Part shown: positions 26,173-36,102 of the stretch, in pieces
Numbering within the stretch: position 1 is the first letter of the stretch
How the letters are laid out: each line of letters begins with the position of its first letter
Origin: Armatimonadota bacterium
GTDB lineage: Bacteria > Armatimonadota > Armatimonadia > Armatimonadales > Armatimonadaceae
Direction of reading: 5' to 3'
Length of the DNA stretch: 36,102 nucleotides
Assembly (NCBI GenBank): GCA_043754515.1
Contig: JAYUUO010000160.1
Location: 1-36,102, forward strand
Notes under the pieces: generated by a model
Databases searched by the model: none
What the model was told of the DNA's origin: nothing
Seen by the model: the letters and a program-made list of their open reading frames with translations, nothing else
Translations under genes and position numbers: made by a program

Positions 26173-27398
26173 ATGCAGAGGCAGAAATGGACGGCATTGC
26201 TGTGCGCGGTCACCGTGGGGTTCGCGGCGGCGGGGTGCGTGGCGCGAGCGCAAGACGGGAACCCCGCGTCCGCTACGGTGATCCCCTTCACCGTCGAGCG
26301 CGGCGCGATTGTGGTAACCGCCATTACCAACGGCAAACCGGCGCGACTCAACGTGGATACCGGCTCGACTCAACGTGGATACCGGCGCGAACGCGAACGT
26401 GATCGGCGCGGAGGTGGCGGATTTGTTCAGCGTAAAGGGCGGCGGTAAGAAAGTGAAAGCCATGGGCGCGGGCGAGGTCCGGGTAACCCCGGTGACCATC
26501 GCGCACGCCTCGCTGGGGAACCTGCCGATGGACGGGGCGGATGCGGTGATCGCTCCGCTCGGCGAGAACTTCGGTGCCGACGGTCTGATCGGTCGCCCCT
26601 TGTTTCAGCAATTCGTCGTCACGCTCGATTTCGTCAGCGGCACCGTGACGCTCACGGAACCGGACAAAGCGGTCCCTCCCCCCGGCGCGCTCGCGCTCGA
26701 TTTAACCTTCGAGAACGGCGTTCCGGCTATCCCCGCCGTGGTAGATAAATGCCCCCGTTCGGCTTCTCGTTGACTCCGGGCTTTACAACGCGCTCCTGAT
26801 CTACCCCCGCTTCGTGAGCAAGCATCACCTGACGACGCGCCTGCACCCGCTTATCGAGGATAATAGCTCGGTCGGGGTAGGCGGTGCCATCACGACATAT
26901 CTCGCCCGAATCCCGGAGATGACGCTCGGCGACACGCGGAACGGCGTCACCTTTAAGGGGTTCGAGGGCGGCTTGAAGCAGGCGCAAAAGAAGAGCGGGT
27001 TCGACCCGAAAAGCAAAGATATAGCCGGGTCCATCGGCACGCGCACCCTGCAACATTTCACGGTGACGTTCGATTATGGACACCGGAAGCTGTATCTAGT
27101 GAAAAACAAGAACTTCGACGCGCCGTTCCCGATGCTGCGCCACGGGTTCACCGCGCCGTTCGGCGGTGCCGAGCATGCCGTGCTGTCGGTAATGCCGAAT
27201 AGTCCGGCGGCGGAGGCCGGGATGAGTGTCGGCGACAAGATCGTCTCCGTGGACGGGGTGACTTACGAATCGGAAAATCTGGACGCCGTTCGTGCGCGAC
27301 TACGCCAGCCCGCCGGGATGGTGGTGGAGATCGTCATTGTGCCAAAAGGGGGCGGGGAAAAACGTTCCCTGAAACCGACGCTCCGCGACCTGCTTTAG
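26173..27398 (+). pseudogene. Secreted aspartyl protease (two retropepsin-like domains plus PDZ), broken by two frameshifts
   Basis: Signal peptide, VDTGAN, DGLIG, LVDSG, GSIG, and PDZ (PNSPAAEAGMSVGDKIVSVDG). A 22-bp duplication at 26344-26386 and a 1-nt shift at ~26748. Confidence 0.85.
26344..26386. repeat. 22-bp-period tandem duplication over the catalytic DTG codons
   Basis: CGACTCAACGTGGATACCGGC-T-CGACTCAACGTGGATACCGGC. Confidence 0.95.
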
Positions 27399-27560
27399 CC
27401 CGCCGCCCGGTCGCGCGAACCGGGTGAGACACGGTCGGCGGGCGCGCCGAGCGGATGAAGGACGTCGCGATCTCCTTGCACCGGGGCGAAACACTAACAC
27501 CGATCCCGATCGCTTTGGATCGTCAAGGTCGGGATCGCTCCTCATCAGTCGAGGGTCGAA

Positions 27561-27596
27561 GGTGATTGGTGCCGCATGCCTCCGGCACCAATCGCC
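27561..27596. terminator. Hairpin between convergent genes
   Basis: GGTGATTGGTGCCG-N8-CGGCACCAATCGCC. Confidence 0.55.
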
Positions 27597-27625
27597 GGAG
27601 ATGTCGCGCTCGCCGTGAGGTGCCT

Positions 27626-28159
27626 TTAGAAGCGGTAGCCGATGTTCAGGCGGTAGCCGGACGGGTCGTACCCGTTCACCTTGCTGATGACGTCGTATTC
27701 CGCCTCGCCGAAAACGCCGAACGGCAGTTCGTAGCCCAGTGCTACTTTGCCGCCGAGCCGGTTGTTCGTGTTGCCCCCGCCCGCCTTGACGCTGTAGTAG
27801 CCAAGCCCGGCTTCCACGAACGGCGAACCGATGATGTGGAGCGCGGGGGGTATCAAGTTGAAGTGTACCGACGCGCCGAAGTCGAAGATCTGCAGCCGTC
27901 CGCCACTTTTACTCTGATCGGCGTAGTCCGCGTACGCCTCGAACGGGAGGAGCCGGACGAGGTGGTAAGACGCCCCCACGGCATACAGGTTTTTGCCGAA
28001 CGCGTTCTTCGTGTTTCCGCTGGTCGGGAAGTACCCGCCGATCTTTAAGCGTAGCGGCTTGCTACCGGTGATGATTTCAGTCTGGGCGTGCGCCGCTCCC
28101 CCGAATGCGATCATTGCCGCGACGCCAGCCGCCGCGAAAAACTTGCCGATGCCGATCAT
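27626..28159 (-). CDS. Small outer-membrane beta-barrel protein (OmpA-TM/OmpW-like)
   Basis: Signal peptide ending AHA, alternating aromatic strands, and a C-terminal IGYRF Bam signal. Confidence 0.85.
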   Translation of the reverse strand: MIGIGKFFAAAGVAAMIAFGGAAHAQTEIITGSKPLRLKIGGYFPTSGNTKNAFGKNLYAVGASYHLVRLLPFEAYADYADQSKSGGRLQIFDFGASVHFNLIPPALHIIGSPFVEAGLGYYSVKAGGGNTNNRLGGKVALGYELPFGVFGEAEYDVISKVNGYDPSGYRLNIGYRF

Positions 28160-28457
28160 AACTGGTTGCTCCTTACCAATAGGGCAGGTACGATCCCCGC
28201 GCCGGTTTTATAGATGCGGCGCGTCGCGGGTAAGTTTCTTTTAAGTGTCCGGTGGAGTCGCGCGAACGGCGACCGGTCGGCCCGGGCGACGATCCATTCC
28301 CACCCGCGCCGACCTGACAAAACGCTCGCGTCCCGAACTCGCGCAACACAATCCTCGGAATCCGCGGAGCTATGACGCAACCACTCCACTGGTTACAAAC
28401 CCGGCTTATAGACCCGTCGCGCGAACCCGGCGCAAAATCGGATACTATAGCCACGGC

Positions 28458-29597
28458 TTGGACATACGAACCTACACCGATTTCGACGCGTTCGCCGCGA
28501 CGCGCCACGCCGACCTGCGCCGCCTCGTCTCTGGCTCCCCCCGCGCCAGTGTTTTCCAGACCTGGGAATGGAACGCCGCCTGGTGGCGGCACCACGGCGG
28601 GCGCGGACGCCGGTTCCTCGCGCTCGCCTTCGAGGAGGGGGGGGCCGCCGCCGGGTTCGCTCTCTGGTGGCGCGACCCCCTGACCGCCGAACTGCGCCCC
28701 TTAGGCGACGGGGATGCCGACTACCTCGACATCGTCGCGCGACCGGAGAGTGAGCACCCCGTCGCCCTCGCGCTCCTCGAATGGCTGGCGGGCGACGGCG
28801 GGCGGTACCGCATAGACATCCGGCAGGCGCGGCCCGGCGGAATGCTCGCGGCGCATCTGCCGACCTGTCAGGGAAAGGTTTCCGGCGCGACGGTCTGTGT
28901 CGTCCTCGGCGAAACGTGCCCCGCCGCCGACCTGCCGCCGACCTGGGACGAGTACACCGGGCGGTTCGGGAAGAAACGCCGCGCCAACATCGGCTACTAC
29001 GAACGTAACCTGCGCAAGCACTTCCGGGAAGTGGTATTCTCGCTTGCCGACGCCGACACGCTCCCCGAAGCCACCGAGGCGTTCTTCACTCTGCACCAAC
29101 GCCGTTGGAATGCCCGCTGGCTCCCCGGCGCGTTCGCGAACGCGTCGGCGCGCCGGTTCCACTTCGACATGGCGCAGTCTCTCCTCGCGGGCGGTCACCT
29201 GCGGCTCCACACGCTGACGCTAGACGGGCGGATCGAGGCGGCCCTGTACTGCTTCCACAAGGGCGACACGACGTACTACTATCTGGGCGGTTTCGAGCCG
29301 GAACTGGCGCGCTTCTCGATCGGGTCGGTGCTAACCGCGCGCGCTATTCGGCACGCCATCGAGCAGGATGGCGCGGCGGTTTTCGACTTCCTACGCGGCA
29401 ATGAGTCCTACAAATACACATGGGGCGCGACCGACCGACACAACGCGCGGATAATGGCGGGCAAGAAGGGCATCGGCGTGCCGCTCGCTTCTTTCGCGGC
29501 GCGGGCAACTTTAGCCGTTGAGCTGGGTCTGAAACAGGGGATGCACGCCCGTTTCGGCGGCGCGGGCGACAAAACAAAGGAAACTAAGCATGGGTAA
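28458..29597 (+). CDS. GNAT acetyltransferase, CelD/BcsL (Acetyltransf_6) type
   Basis: VFQTWEWNAAWW, DYLDIV, YYYLGGF and FDFLRGNESYK motifs. Start taken at TTG 28458. Confidence 0.85.
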   Translation: MDIRTYTDFDAFAATRHADLRRLVSGSPRASVFQTWEWNAAWWRHHGGRGRRFLALAFEEGGAAAGFALWWRDPLTAELRPLGDGDADYLDIVARPESEHPVALALLEWLAGDGGRYRIDIRQARPGGMLAAHLPTCQGKVSGATVCVVLGETCPAADLPPTWDEYTGRFGKKRRANIGYYERNLRKHFREVVFSLADADTLPEATEAFFTLHQRRWNARWLPGAFANASARRFHFDMAQSLLAGGHLRLHTLTLDGRIEAALYCFHKGDTTYYYLGGFEPELARFSIGSVLTARAIRHAIEQDGAAVFDFLRGNESYKYTWGATDRHNARIMAGKKGIGVPLASFAARATLAVELGLKQGMHARFGGAGDKTKETKHG

Positions 29598-30066
29598 GGC
29601 ACTCGGGGCTATCGTCCGGTTCCTGTTCGCGCTGTTTATCGTCGGCCTAGTCGGGTACAACACGTATCAGGTCGGTCTGTTGCGGGCGCAAGTCGCGGAG
29701 CTTCAGGTGGCACGTCGCCCCGGATCCCCGGCCGTGCGTGGGGTCAGCCCGACGCACGGGTCAGGAACCGTGGAGCAGATCGCCGAGGCACAGTCACACG
29801 TGGACCACGCTTCGGCGTTACTCAAGCGGAAGAAGTTCGTCGAGGCCGCGGCCGAAATGCAAGCGGCGTCCGACGCTATGGCGCGGGCGGGCGGCAACGC
29901 GCAGGCGCGGAGCCGCGGTGCCATCGCGGAGGCGCAACGGTCGCTGACGAAACTGTCCGACCAGACAGCCGCCCTTTGGAAGCAGGCGGAGATGATGAAC
30001 GGCGGCAAGAACGCGCCGTCACCTACGAGCGAAAAAAATGATAAACACTCCGAAAAGTCGCGATAA
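29590..30066 (+). CDS. Hypothetical membrane-anchored helical protein
   Basis: N-terminal TM helix, SD AAGGAA, and overlaps with both neighbours in an operon. Confidence 0.7.
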   Translation: MGKALGAIVRFLFALFIVGLVGYNTYQVGLLRAQVAELQVARRPGSPAVRGVSPTHGSGTVEQIAEAQSHVDHASALLKRKKFVEAAAEMQAASDAMARAGGNAQARSRGAIAEAQRSLTKLSDQTAALWKQAEMMNGGKNAPSPTSEKNDKHSEKSR

Positions 30067-30853
30067 TAACGTCGCGCTCACTATTAAGCGGGCGGGAGCA
30101 TGCCTCGCAGCCACGGCGATGATGGCCAGTACGACACTCGGGACGTCCGGTTGCAAAGGGGTGAATTTCGGCAACGTTATGAGTATGTCGAAGTCACAGG
30201 AGATTGATCTGGGTCAGCAATCGGCAAAAGAAGTCGAGCAGAAGGCGAAGATCATCACCTCCGGCCCGGATAATGAGCGGTTGCAACGGGTAGCGGCGCG
30301 GATCCTGCCGCTGGCGCGACGCGACTACGACGTGCCGTTCTCTGTGAAGTTGATTGATTCCAAAGACGTCAACGCGTTCGCGCTACCGGGCGGGCCGATC
30401 TATTTCTACAAAGGGCTGATGGACCTCGCGTCGTCGGACGACGAAGTGGCGTCGGTTCTCGGGCATGAGGCCACGCACATCGTCAAGCGGCACTCGGTGA
30501 AGCAGATCTCCGACTCGCAAACCAAGGGATTAATCGCGTCGCTGGCACTGGGGAAGTCGAGCGACCTCGCAAAAGCGGCGACGGGCATCGTGCTCCAGCT
30601 AGACCAGTTGCGCTTCTCCCGCGGGGACGAGACCGAGGCGGACGAGAACGGGTTCAGATACCTGACTAAAGCGGGGTACAACCCTGAGTCCATGGCCTCG
30701 TTCTTCCGCAAGATGGGCGCGAAAACTGGCAACGGCGGCATCGCCTTGTTGCAGTCACACCCGCTCACCTCCAAGCGCATAGAGGCAGCGGAAAGGCGTG
30801 CGAAAGCCTACGAAGCGGCTCAGGCGAACGCCATCCCGAGCAGGGTAAACTAG
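30038..30853 (+). CDS. M48-family metalloprotease (lipoprotein)
   Basis: VNAFALPGG, HEATH, FSRGDETEAD and SHP motifs. TSGC lipobox-like. Confidence 0.92.
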   Translation: MINTPKSRDNNVALTIKRAGACLAATAMMASTTLGTSGCKGVNFGNVMSMSKSQEIDLGQQSAKEVEQKAKIITSGPDNERLQRVAARILPLARRDYDVPFSVKLIDSKDVNAFALPGGPIYFYKGLMDLASSDDEVASVLGHEATHIVKRHSVKQISDSQTKGLIASLALGKSSDLAKAATGIVLQLDQLRFSRGDETEADENGFRYLTKAGYNPESMASFFRKMGAKTGNGGIALLQSHPLTSKRIEAAERRAKAYEAAQANAIPSRVN

Positions 30854-30891
30854 CCGCGCATGACGTCCGAAACAGGAGCCACGGCGCGGAC

Positions 30892-31596
30892 GTGAGCGGA
30901 TCGAACGAGGAGACCAGACTCTCCGTCTGCGCGGTAGTCCCCGCCTACAACGAGGCGGGGCGCATCGGCGCGGTGCTAGACACGCTCGCGTCCGCGCCCG
31001 AAGTAGACGCTGTGCTGGTCGTGGACGACGGATCTACCGACGACACGTCCGCCGTGGTGTCCGCGCACCCGGCGGCGCAGGGCAAACAGGCGAAGGTGAG
31101 CGTGATACGCCAGTCGCCGAATCGCGGCAAGGGCGCGGCCATGGGCCTCGGCGCGAGTCAGGCGGCGGAGTTCGACGTGCTTTTGTTCTTCGACGCCGAC
31201 CTGGTGGGACTGACCGCCGCGCACGTGATGGATATTCTAGAGCCGGTCACTTCCAGGCGCGTGGTGATGGCACTCGGCGTATTTCGCGGCGGGCGCGGCG
31301 CGACCACGCTCGCGCAGAAAATCGCCCCGAACATCTCCGGCCAACGCGCGATCCGCCGCGACGTGTTTCTGTCGGTGCCCCGCCTGAGCGAGTCCGGCTA
31401 CGGCGTGGAACTCGCGATCACGAACCACATCCTTGGGAGCGGCCTGCCGATGATCCAGGTGATCCTCCAGGATGTAACACACCCGATGAAGGAGGAGAAA
31501 CTGGGGTTCGTGCCCGGCTTCCTGTCGCGAATGCGCATGTACTACCAGATGCTCCCGCAGATTCTCCGACGCTTCACCCGGAATCGGCGCGGCTAA
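30892..31596 (+). CDS. Glycosyltransferase family 2
   Basis: VVPAYNE, VVDDGSTD, NRGKGAA and FDAD motifs. Confidence 0.92.
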   Translation: MSGSNEETRLSVCAVVPAYNEAGRIGAVLDTLASAPEVDAVLVVDDGSTDDTSAVVSAHPAAQGKQAKVSVIRQSPNRGKGAAMGLGASQAAEFDVLLFFDADLVGLTAAHVMDILEPVTSRRVVMALGVFRGGRGATTLAQKIAPNISGQRAIRRDVFLSVPRLSESGYGVELAITNHILGSGLPMIQVILQDVTHPMKEEKLGFVPGFLSRMRMYYQMLPQILRRFTRNRRG

Positions 31597-32165
31597 GCAC
31601 CAGGCACGGGCGGTCGCGCGATGAACTCGTGATCGAGCAGGGCGAACAACACCGTATCTCGCCAGAGACCCTTTTCCCACTTGTGCTGTATCAGGCACCC
31701 TTCGCGACGCATCCCGGCCTTGTCCAGAACTCTGGCCGACGCCGCGTTTCCCGGATGACACCCGGCGGTCAACCGGCGCAACTGTAGCCGGACGAAGGCC
31801 GCTTCGATCACGACCCGCATGGCTTCGGTCGCAATGCAACGTCCCCAAACGGCGCGGTCCAAAACATAGCCGATGTCCGCCTCCCGGAGATTCGGGTCGC
31901 GTATGATCAGTGTAACAACGCCCAGCAACACTGACTCCTCTACGTCACGCCACTCAATGCCCCAAACGAAGACCGGGCGCGGCTCTTTCAGCGACTCTGT
32001 CCGCGCCCAACCTAGTAGCCACAGTGCCTGCGATATCCCCTGGAACGGCTCCCATTCGATGAACTCCACGGTAGGCGGGTCGGAGAAGATCGAGAACAGG
32101 GTATCGGCGTCGCCAGCGGCGAGGGGGCGCAGCCGATCCGTTTCCAGATCGGGCGACGTAACCAC
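31593..32165 (-). CDS. GNAT N-acetyltransferase (RimJ/RimL type)
   Basis: LETDRL, IGYVL...WGRCIATEA and NAASARVLDKAGM. Confidence 0.88.
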   Translation of the reverse strand: MVTSPDLETDRLRPLAAGDADTLFSIFSDPPTVEFIEWEPFQGISQALWLLGWARTESLKEPRPVFVWGIEWRDVEESVLLGVVTLIIRDPNLREADIGYVLDRAVWGRCIATEAMRVVIEAAFVRLQLRRLTAGCHPGNAASARVLDKAGMRREGCLIQHKWEKGLWRDTVLFALLDHEFIARPPVPGA

Positions 32166-32167
32166 CG

Positions 32168-32903
<736 letters not shown>

Positions 32904-32911
<8 letters not shown>

Positions 32912-33680
32912 CGTCGTCTTCCTCCTTGCCGAGATATGCCTCAATCACCTGAGGGTCGTTTCGGATCTGCCCCGGCGTCCCATACGCGATAGGCTTACCA
33001 TAGACTAGCACGGTAATCTTGTCACAGATGCCCATCACGAACGCCATATCGTGCTCGATCAGCAGTATCGTCAGGCCGAACTCGTCGCGCAAACGCCGCA
33101 CGATGCCGCGTAAATCCGCCGATTCTTTCTCGTTCATGCCCGCCGCCGGCTCATCAAGGAGTAGCAGTTCGGGCTTGGTCGCGAGGGCGCGGGCGATTTC
33201 GAGACGCCGTTGCGCCCCGTACGGCAGGTTTTTCGCCTCCTCGTTCTTGAGTGGCAAAAGGTCGAAAAGATCGAGTAGCCGTTCGGCGTCCGCAGTGACG
33301 GCCTTTTCGCAGGCATAAAACGCCGGAGTGCGGAACGCGGTAGCGAACAGTCCGACGGTGGTACGGGTCGAGGCGGCGGTGCGGACGTTGTCGAGCACGG
33401 AGAGTTCGGGAAACAATCGGATATTTTGGAATGTACGGCAGACCCCCGCGCGGGCGATCTGGTACGGCTTCCAGCCGCCGATGTTGGTACCGTTAAAGGT
33501 GATGGAGCCGGAAGTGGGCGCATAAACGCCGGTGAGCAGGTTGAACACTGTTGTCTTCCCCGCGCCGTTCGGCCCGATCAATCCTGCGAGGTCGCCCTTC
33601 TCTAGCGAAAGACTGACGCCGTTGACAGCCACCAGGCCGCCGAACTCCTTGGTCACGTTGTCGAGGGATAGGACAGGCAT
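32904..33680 (-). CDS. livG: Branched-chain amino acid ABC transporter ATPase LivG
   Basis: FGGLVAV, GPNGAGKTT, RTFQNIRLF, LPYGAQRRLEIARAL, LDEPAAG and VIEAYLG. Confidence 0.92.
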
Positions 33681-33712
33681 CTATAGAAAAAGGAAGGTGG
33701 TGAAAAAAGAAA

Positions 33713-33783
33713 TTCCCAGACAGGGATTCGAACCCCAGTCTTCAGAACCAGAATCTGACGTGCTGCCGCTGCACCATCCGGGA
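33713..33783 (-). tRNA. tRNA-Gln (CUG)
   Basis: Acceptor TCCCGGA/TCTGGGA, anticodon arm TCAGA-TTCTGGT-TCTGA, T loop TTCGAAT. Confidence 0.93.
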
Positions 33784-33810
33784 GTAACGACCCGTTTTCG
33801 GGCCCCGTAT

Positions 33811-33838
33811 ATTGTATCATAGCTGATTCGGATTTCAA
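33811..33838 (-). promoter_or_regulatory. Sigma70 promoter of tRNA-Gln
   Basis: TTGAAA-N16-TACAAT with a TGn extension. Confidence 0.7.
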
Positions 33839-34141
33839 GTCAGCCCGAAACGAAAAAGTCTGCGGACCTCCACCGTCGCGCCAAACTCCTCCAGTTGTTC
33901 CTTCGCCCGTAGCGCGTCCGACAGCGTCACGTTATCAAGCACCGTCCTAGGGGCACGATCAACGAGTACCATCGCGTCCCCCAGGCCGAGGCCGGTGATC
34001 TCGCGAACCACCTTAGATGACCTGAATCTTCTTGTCACCCGATGTCAGTAATACTATGGCGTGAACGGGGTCGGTGCCTTCGACGCGCTCGGTGTCGTTG
34101 TACCGGGTGTTGTCGTCGAGCGGATAAAGTCGGGAATACAT
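33835..34141 (-). pseudogene. Second L7/L12 C-terminal-domain gene with a novel N-terminus, split by a 1-nt insertion
   Basis: [42 protein letters not shown] (TAA 34015-34013), continuing in the +1 frame as [22 protein letters not shown]...LEEFGATVEVR. Confidence 0.85.
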
Positions 34142-34186
34142 GACGGCCTCTGTTCTGTTTTGTTTGTGCTGTTTTGTAACGCCCTG

Positions 34187-34217
34187 CTTTATCGGATGGG
34201 TTTGGGGGTTTGCTAAA
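34187..34217 (-). promoter_or_regulatory. Putative alternative-sigma promoter of the L7/L12 paralog
   Basis: TTTAGCAAACC-N12-CGATAAAG, the same architecture as 752-782. Confidence 0.45.
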
Positions 34218-34325
34218 GGGGTCACGACTACCGCGGGCGGCCACCGGGGAGAGGGACCCACGACCACACGCAAGGCAAACCGACCACCGGTGCCACGACA
34301 TCCACAAAGCCACCACGGCACAAAT

Positions 34326-34358
34326 AAAAAACAGGGCGTAGTCATAACGACTACGCCC
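34326..34358 (-). terminator. Intrinsic terminator of rplJL
   Basis: Minus strand GGGCGTAGTC-GTTAT-GACTACGCCC-TGTTTTTT. Confidence 0.85.
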
Positions 34359-34443
34359 CGCTTCCTTCGCGCATGTCAAACTATGTGGGCCGCGCGATCT
34401 CGCCGGGCCACCCGGTCCGGTCGGATCGCGCGATACCGATAAA

Positions 34444-34827
34444 CTACTTGATCTCGACCGAGGCACCTTCGGCGACGAGTTGCGCCTTGATCTTCTCGGC
34501 GTCCTCTTTCGACAAACCTTCCTTGACAGCCTTCGGCGCGGTGTCTACCACTTCCTTGGCTTCCTTCAGGCCGAGACCGGTGATCTCGCGGACGACCTTA
34601 ATGACCTGAATCTTCTTGTCACCCGCCGCCGTCAGAATGACGTCGAACGCGGTCTGCTCCGGTTCGGCTTCAACGGCCGGGCCGGTCGAGGCGGTCGAGG
34701 GACCCTGCGCGACCGGAGCCGCCGCCGAGACGCCGAACTCTTCCTGGAGAGCCTTGACGAGGTCGGATAGTTCGAGAACGGTCATACCCTTGATCTGTTC
34801 GATCAGTTCTTCTTTAGTTACTGCCAT
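34444..34827 (-). CDS. rplL: 50S ribosomal protein L7/L12
   Basis: [23 protein letters not shown] and [20 protein letters not shown]. Confidence 0.98.
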   Translation of the reverse strand: MAVTKEELIEQIKGMTVLELSDLVKALQEEFGVSAAAPVAQGPSTASTGPAVEAEPEQTAFDVILTAAGDKKIQVIKVVREITGLGLKEAKEVVDTAPKAVKEGLSKEDAEKIKAQLVAEGASVEIK

Positions 34828-34945
34828 CTGTTTTCAATTTCTCTTTCGTAATTTATCGTCGCGGGAAGTTCGGTAACGCCGCGCCGCGCGTGTTAGACGC
34901 GCCTACTTTACAAACACCGCCGGAACCGTTGTCCCGTCGCTTCGC

Positions 34946-35536
34946 CTACTGCGCCGGGGTCGCCTCGCCGCCGCTCTGCTTGTCAACGATCGCCTGGAGC
35001 GTAAACACGAAGTTGCTCACGATGCCGTTCAGCGTGCCGACGAGACCCGCTATCGGCGAGTTGAACGCGCCGAGGATCTGCGAGATGAGCACGTCGCGCG
35101 GCGGGATCTTGCTGAGTTGCTCGATCTGCGCCGGGGTCGCGAACTTGCCGCCGACCACGCCGCCCTTGACCTTGAACGGTGAGTTGCGCACGGACGCGAT
35201 GTAGTCCGACACCGCCTTCGCGGCCGCTACCGGGTCTCCCGTCGCGAACACGGCCGCCGTGGGGCCGTTTAGCGCGGCGTCCAGACCGGCGTCCGAGATG
35301 GAGAGTTCGTTCGCCGCCCTCTTGAACAGGGTGTTCTTGATCACCGAGAAGTCCGCGCCGCTGTCCTTCAACTTGCCGCGAATGTCATTCACCTGCGGCA
35401 CCGTCAGGCCGCGATATTCGGTCAGAATAACCGCCTGCGAATCTTTCATCATCTGCGCGGTCAGGGAAAGGGCGGATCGCTTGAACGTGATCGGCTTCTT
35501 CTTGATCTGATGACTGACTTTGGTTTTCTTTGCCAT
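34946..35536 (-). CDS. rplJ: 50S ribosomal protein L10
   Basis: TEYRGLTV, VIKNTL, LNGPTA and KGG motifs. ATG 35536 with SD AAGGAGGTGA. Confidence 0.96.
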   Translation of the reverse strand: MAKKTKVSHQIKKKPITFKRSALSLTAQMMKDSQAVILTEYRGLTVPQVNDIRGKLKDSGADFSVIKNTLFKRAANELSISDAGLDAALNGPTAAVFATGDPVAAAKAVSDYIASVRNSPFKVKGGVVGGKFATPAQIEQLSKIPPRDVLISQILGAFNSPIAGLVGTLNGIVSNFVFTLQAIVDKQSGGEATPAQ

Positions 35537-35608
35537 GGTATATGTTTCACCTCCTTCGTTTTGTCCGCGCCCCGCTCGAACAGCGGAAGCGGCGGGAGTT
35601 TGGAACCG

Positions 35609-35800
35609 AAACAAAAACGCCCTCCGCCCGATAGACAGGGCAGAGGACGCTTGTTTCGACACGCCGTGCTATTAAACACGGCGCGGCGGAGAAGTGTGTG
35701 TCTTACCTCGGCAGGCGAGCCATCGTGGGGCACTTTCGCGCCCGGCCTGGCTCATTATCCGCTCCGCCTATATCCTGGAGCGTACCGGCTGTCTTCGGTG
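35609..35800 (-). promoter_or_regulatory. L10 leader RNA with an attenuator terminator
   Basis: Minus strand CCGAAGACAGCCGG...TAAT...CCTGCCGAGG, then hairpin AAGCGTCCTCTGCCC-N8-GGGCGGAGGGCGTTT with TTGTTT (35652-35609), upstream of rplJ. Confidence 0.8.
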
Positions 35801-36070
35801 AACGAGACGAACGCCTCGCGGCATTTATCCCAAACGAAAATTGGTTTTGTATCGCGCGGACCGTGGTCCACATGGGGAGGAGGTTACCACGTCACCCGCC
35901 CCATGTCAAGCCCGGAGCGTCCCCGCGCGTCCGCTCGTTCGGGTTCGTGCGCCGGTAGCGCGGGCGAGAGACGTCCCCGGCAGGCCCGCCTCGTCAGGCA
36001 CCCGGCCCCCTATCCCGGACGGAGGAGCCGGTGGAGTGACGCTCCGCTGGTCGGACTCCCACCCCCCTAG

Positions 36071-36101
36071 CCCCCCTCCCTCAATCCTTGAGAGAGGGGG
36101 G
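36071..36101. repeat. C-run/G-run REP-like hairpin
   Basis: CCCCCCTCCCTCAA-TCC-TTGAGAGAGGGGGG. Confidence 0.55.
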
Positions 36102-36102
36102 A

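Noticed and set aside
27480..27550. Hammerhead ribozyme (CTGATGAG on the minus strand)
   Set aside because: No GAAA follows the candidate stem II on that strand.
34010..34020. prfB-like programmed +1 frameshift at ATC TAA G
   Set aside because: The P-site Ile tRNA cannot re-pair on TCT and there is no properly placed internal SD; a single-base insertion relative to rplL (ATT AAG) explains it.

Overview
GC-rich diderm bacterial chromosome segment. The bamA-skp-lpxD-lpxC cluster plus a Terrabacteria-style rplJL leader is compatible with Armatimonadota, but that assignment is inference only. The first 5 kb is accessory DNA: the start of an IS5 nested in an IS630 remnant, a four-tRNA cluster (Trp-CCA, Pro-UGG, CAU, Phe-GAA), a convergent XerC-like tyrosine recombinase and a decayed Septu/PtuAB-like ATPase-HNH pair. 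The rest is mostly core or envelope genes (coaX, glmM, msrA, a large Met-zincin, lpxC, lpxD, skp, bamA, an ECF sigma, M13 and M48 peptidases, livG/livF, tRNA-Gln, rplL, rplJ) mixed with several pseudogenes. The main finding is a 38-codon ORF (810-926), too short for the ORF track, directly upstream of the tRNA cluster. Its core reads W-Q-P-M-P-W-F-M-V-M, matching the amino acids of the four downstream tRNAs, and it is followed by mutually exclusive antiterminator and terminator hairpins. This looks like a tRNA operon controlled by ribosome-mediated leader-peptide attenuation that senses its own products. The motif upstream of the leader (TTTAGCARACC-N12-CGATAWAG) recurs with identical spacing upstream of a second, frameshifted L7/L12 gene at 34 kb, hinting at a translation-stress regulon. 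All calls were made by eye, with no database searches or folding computations.
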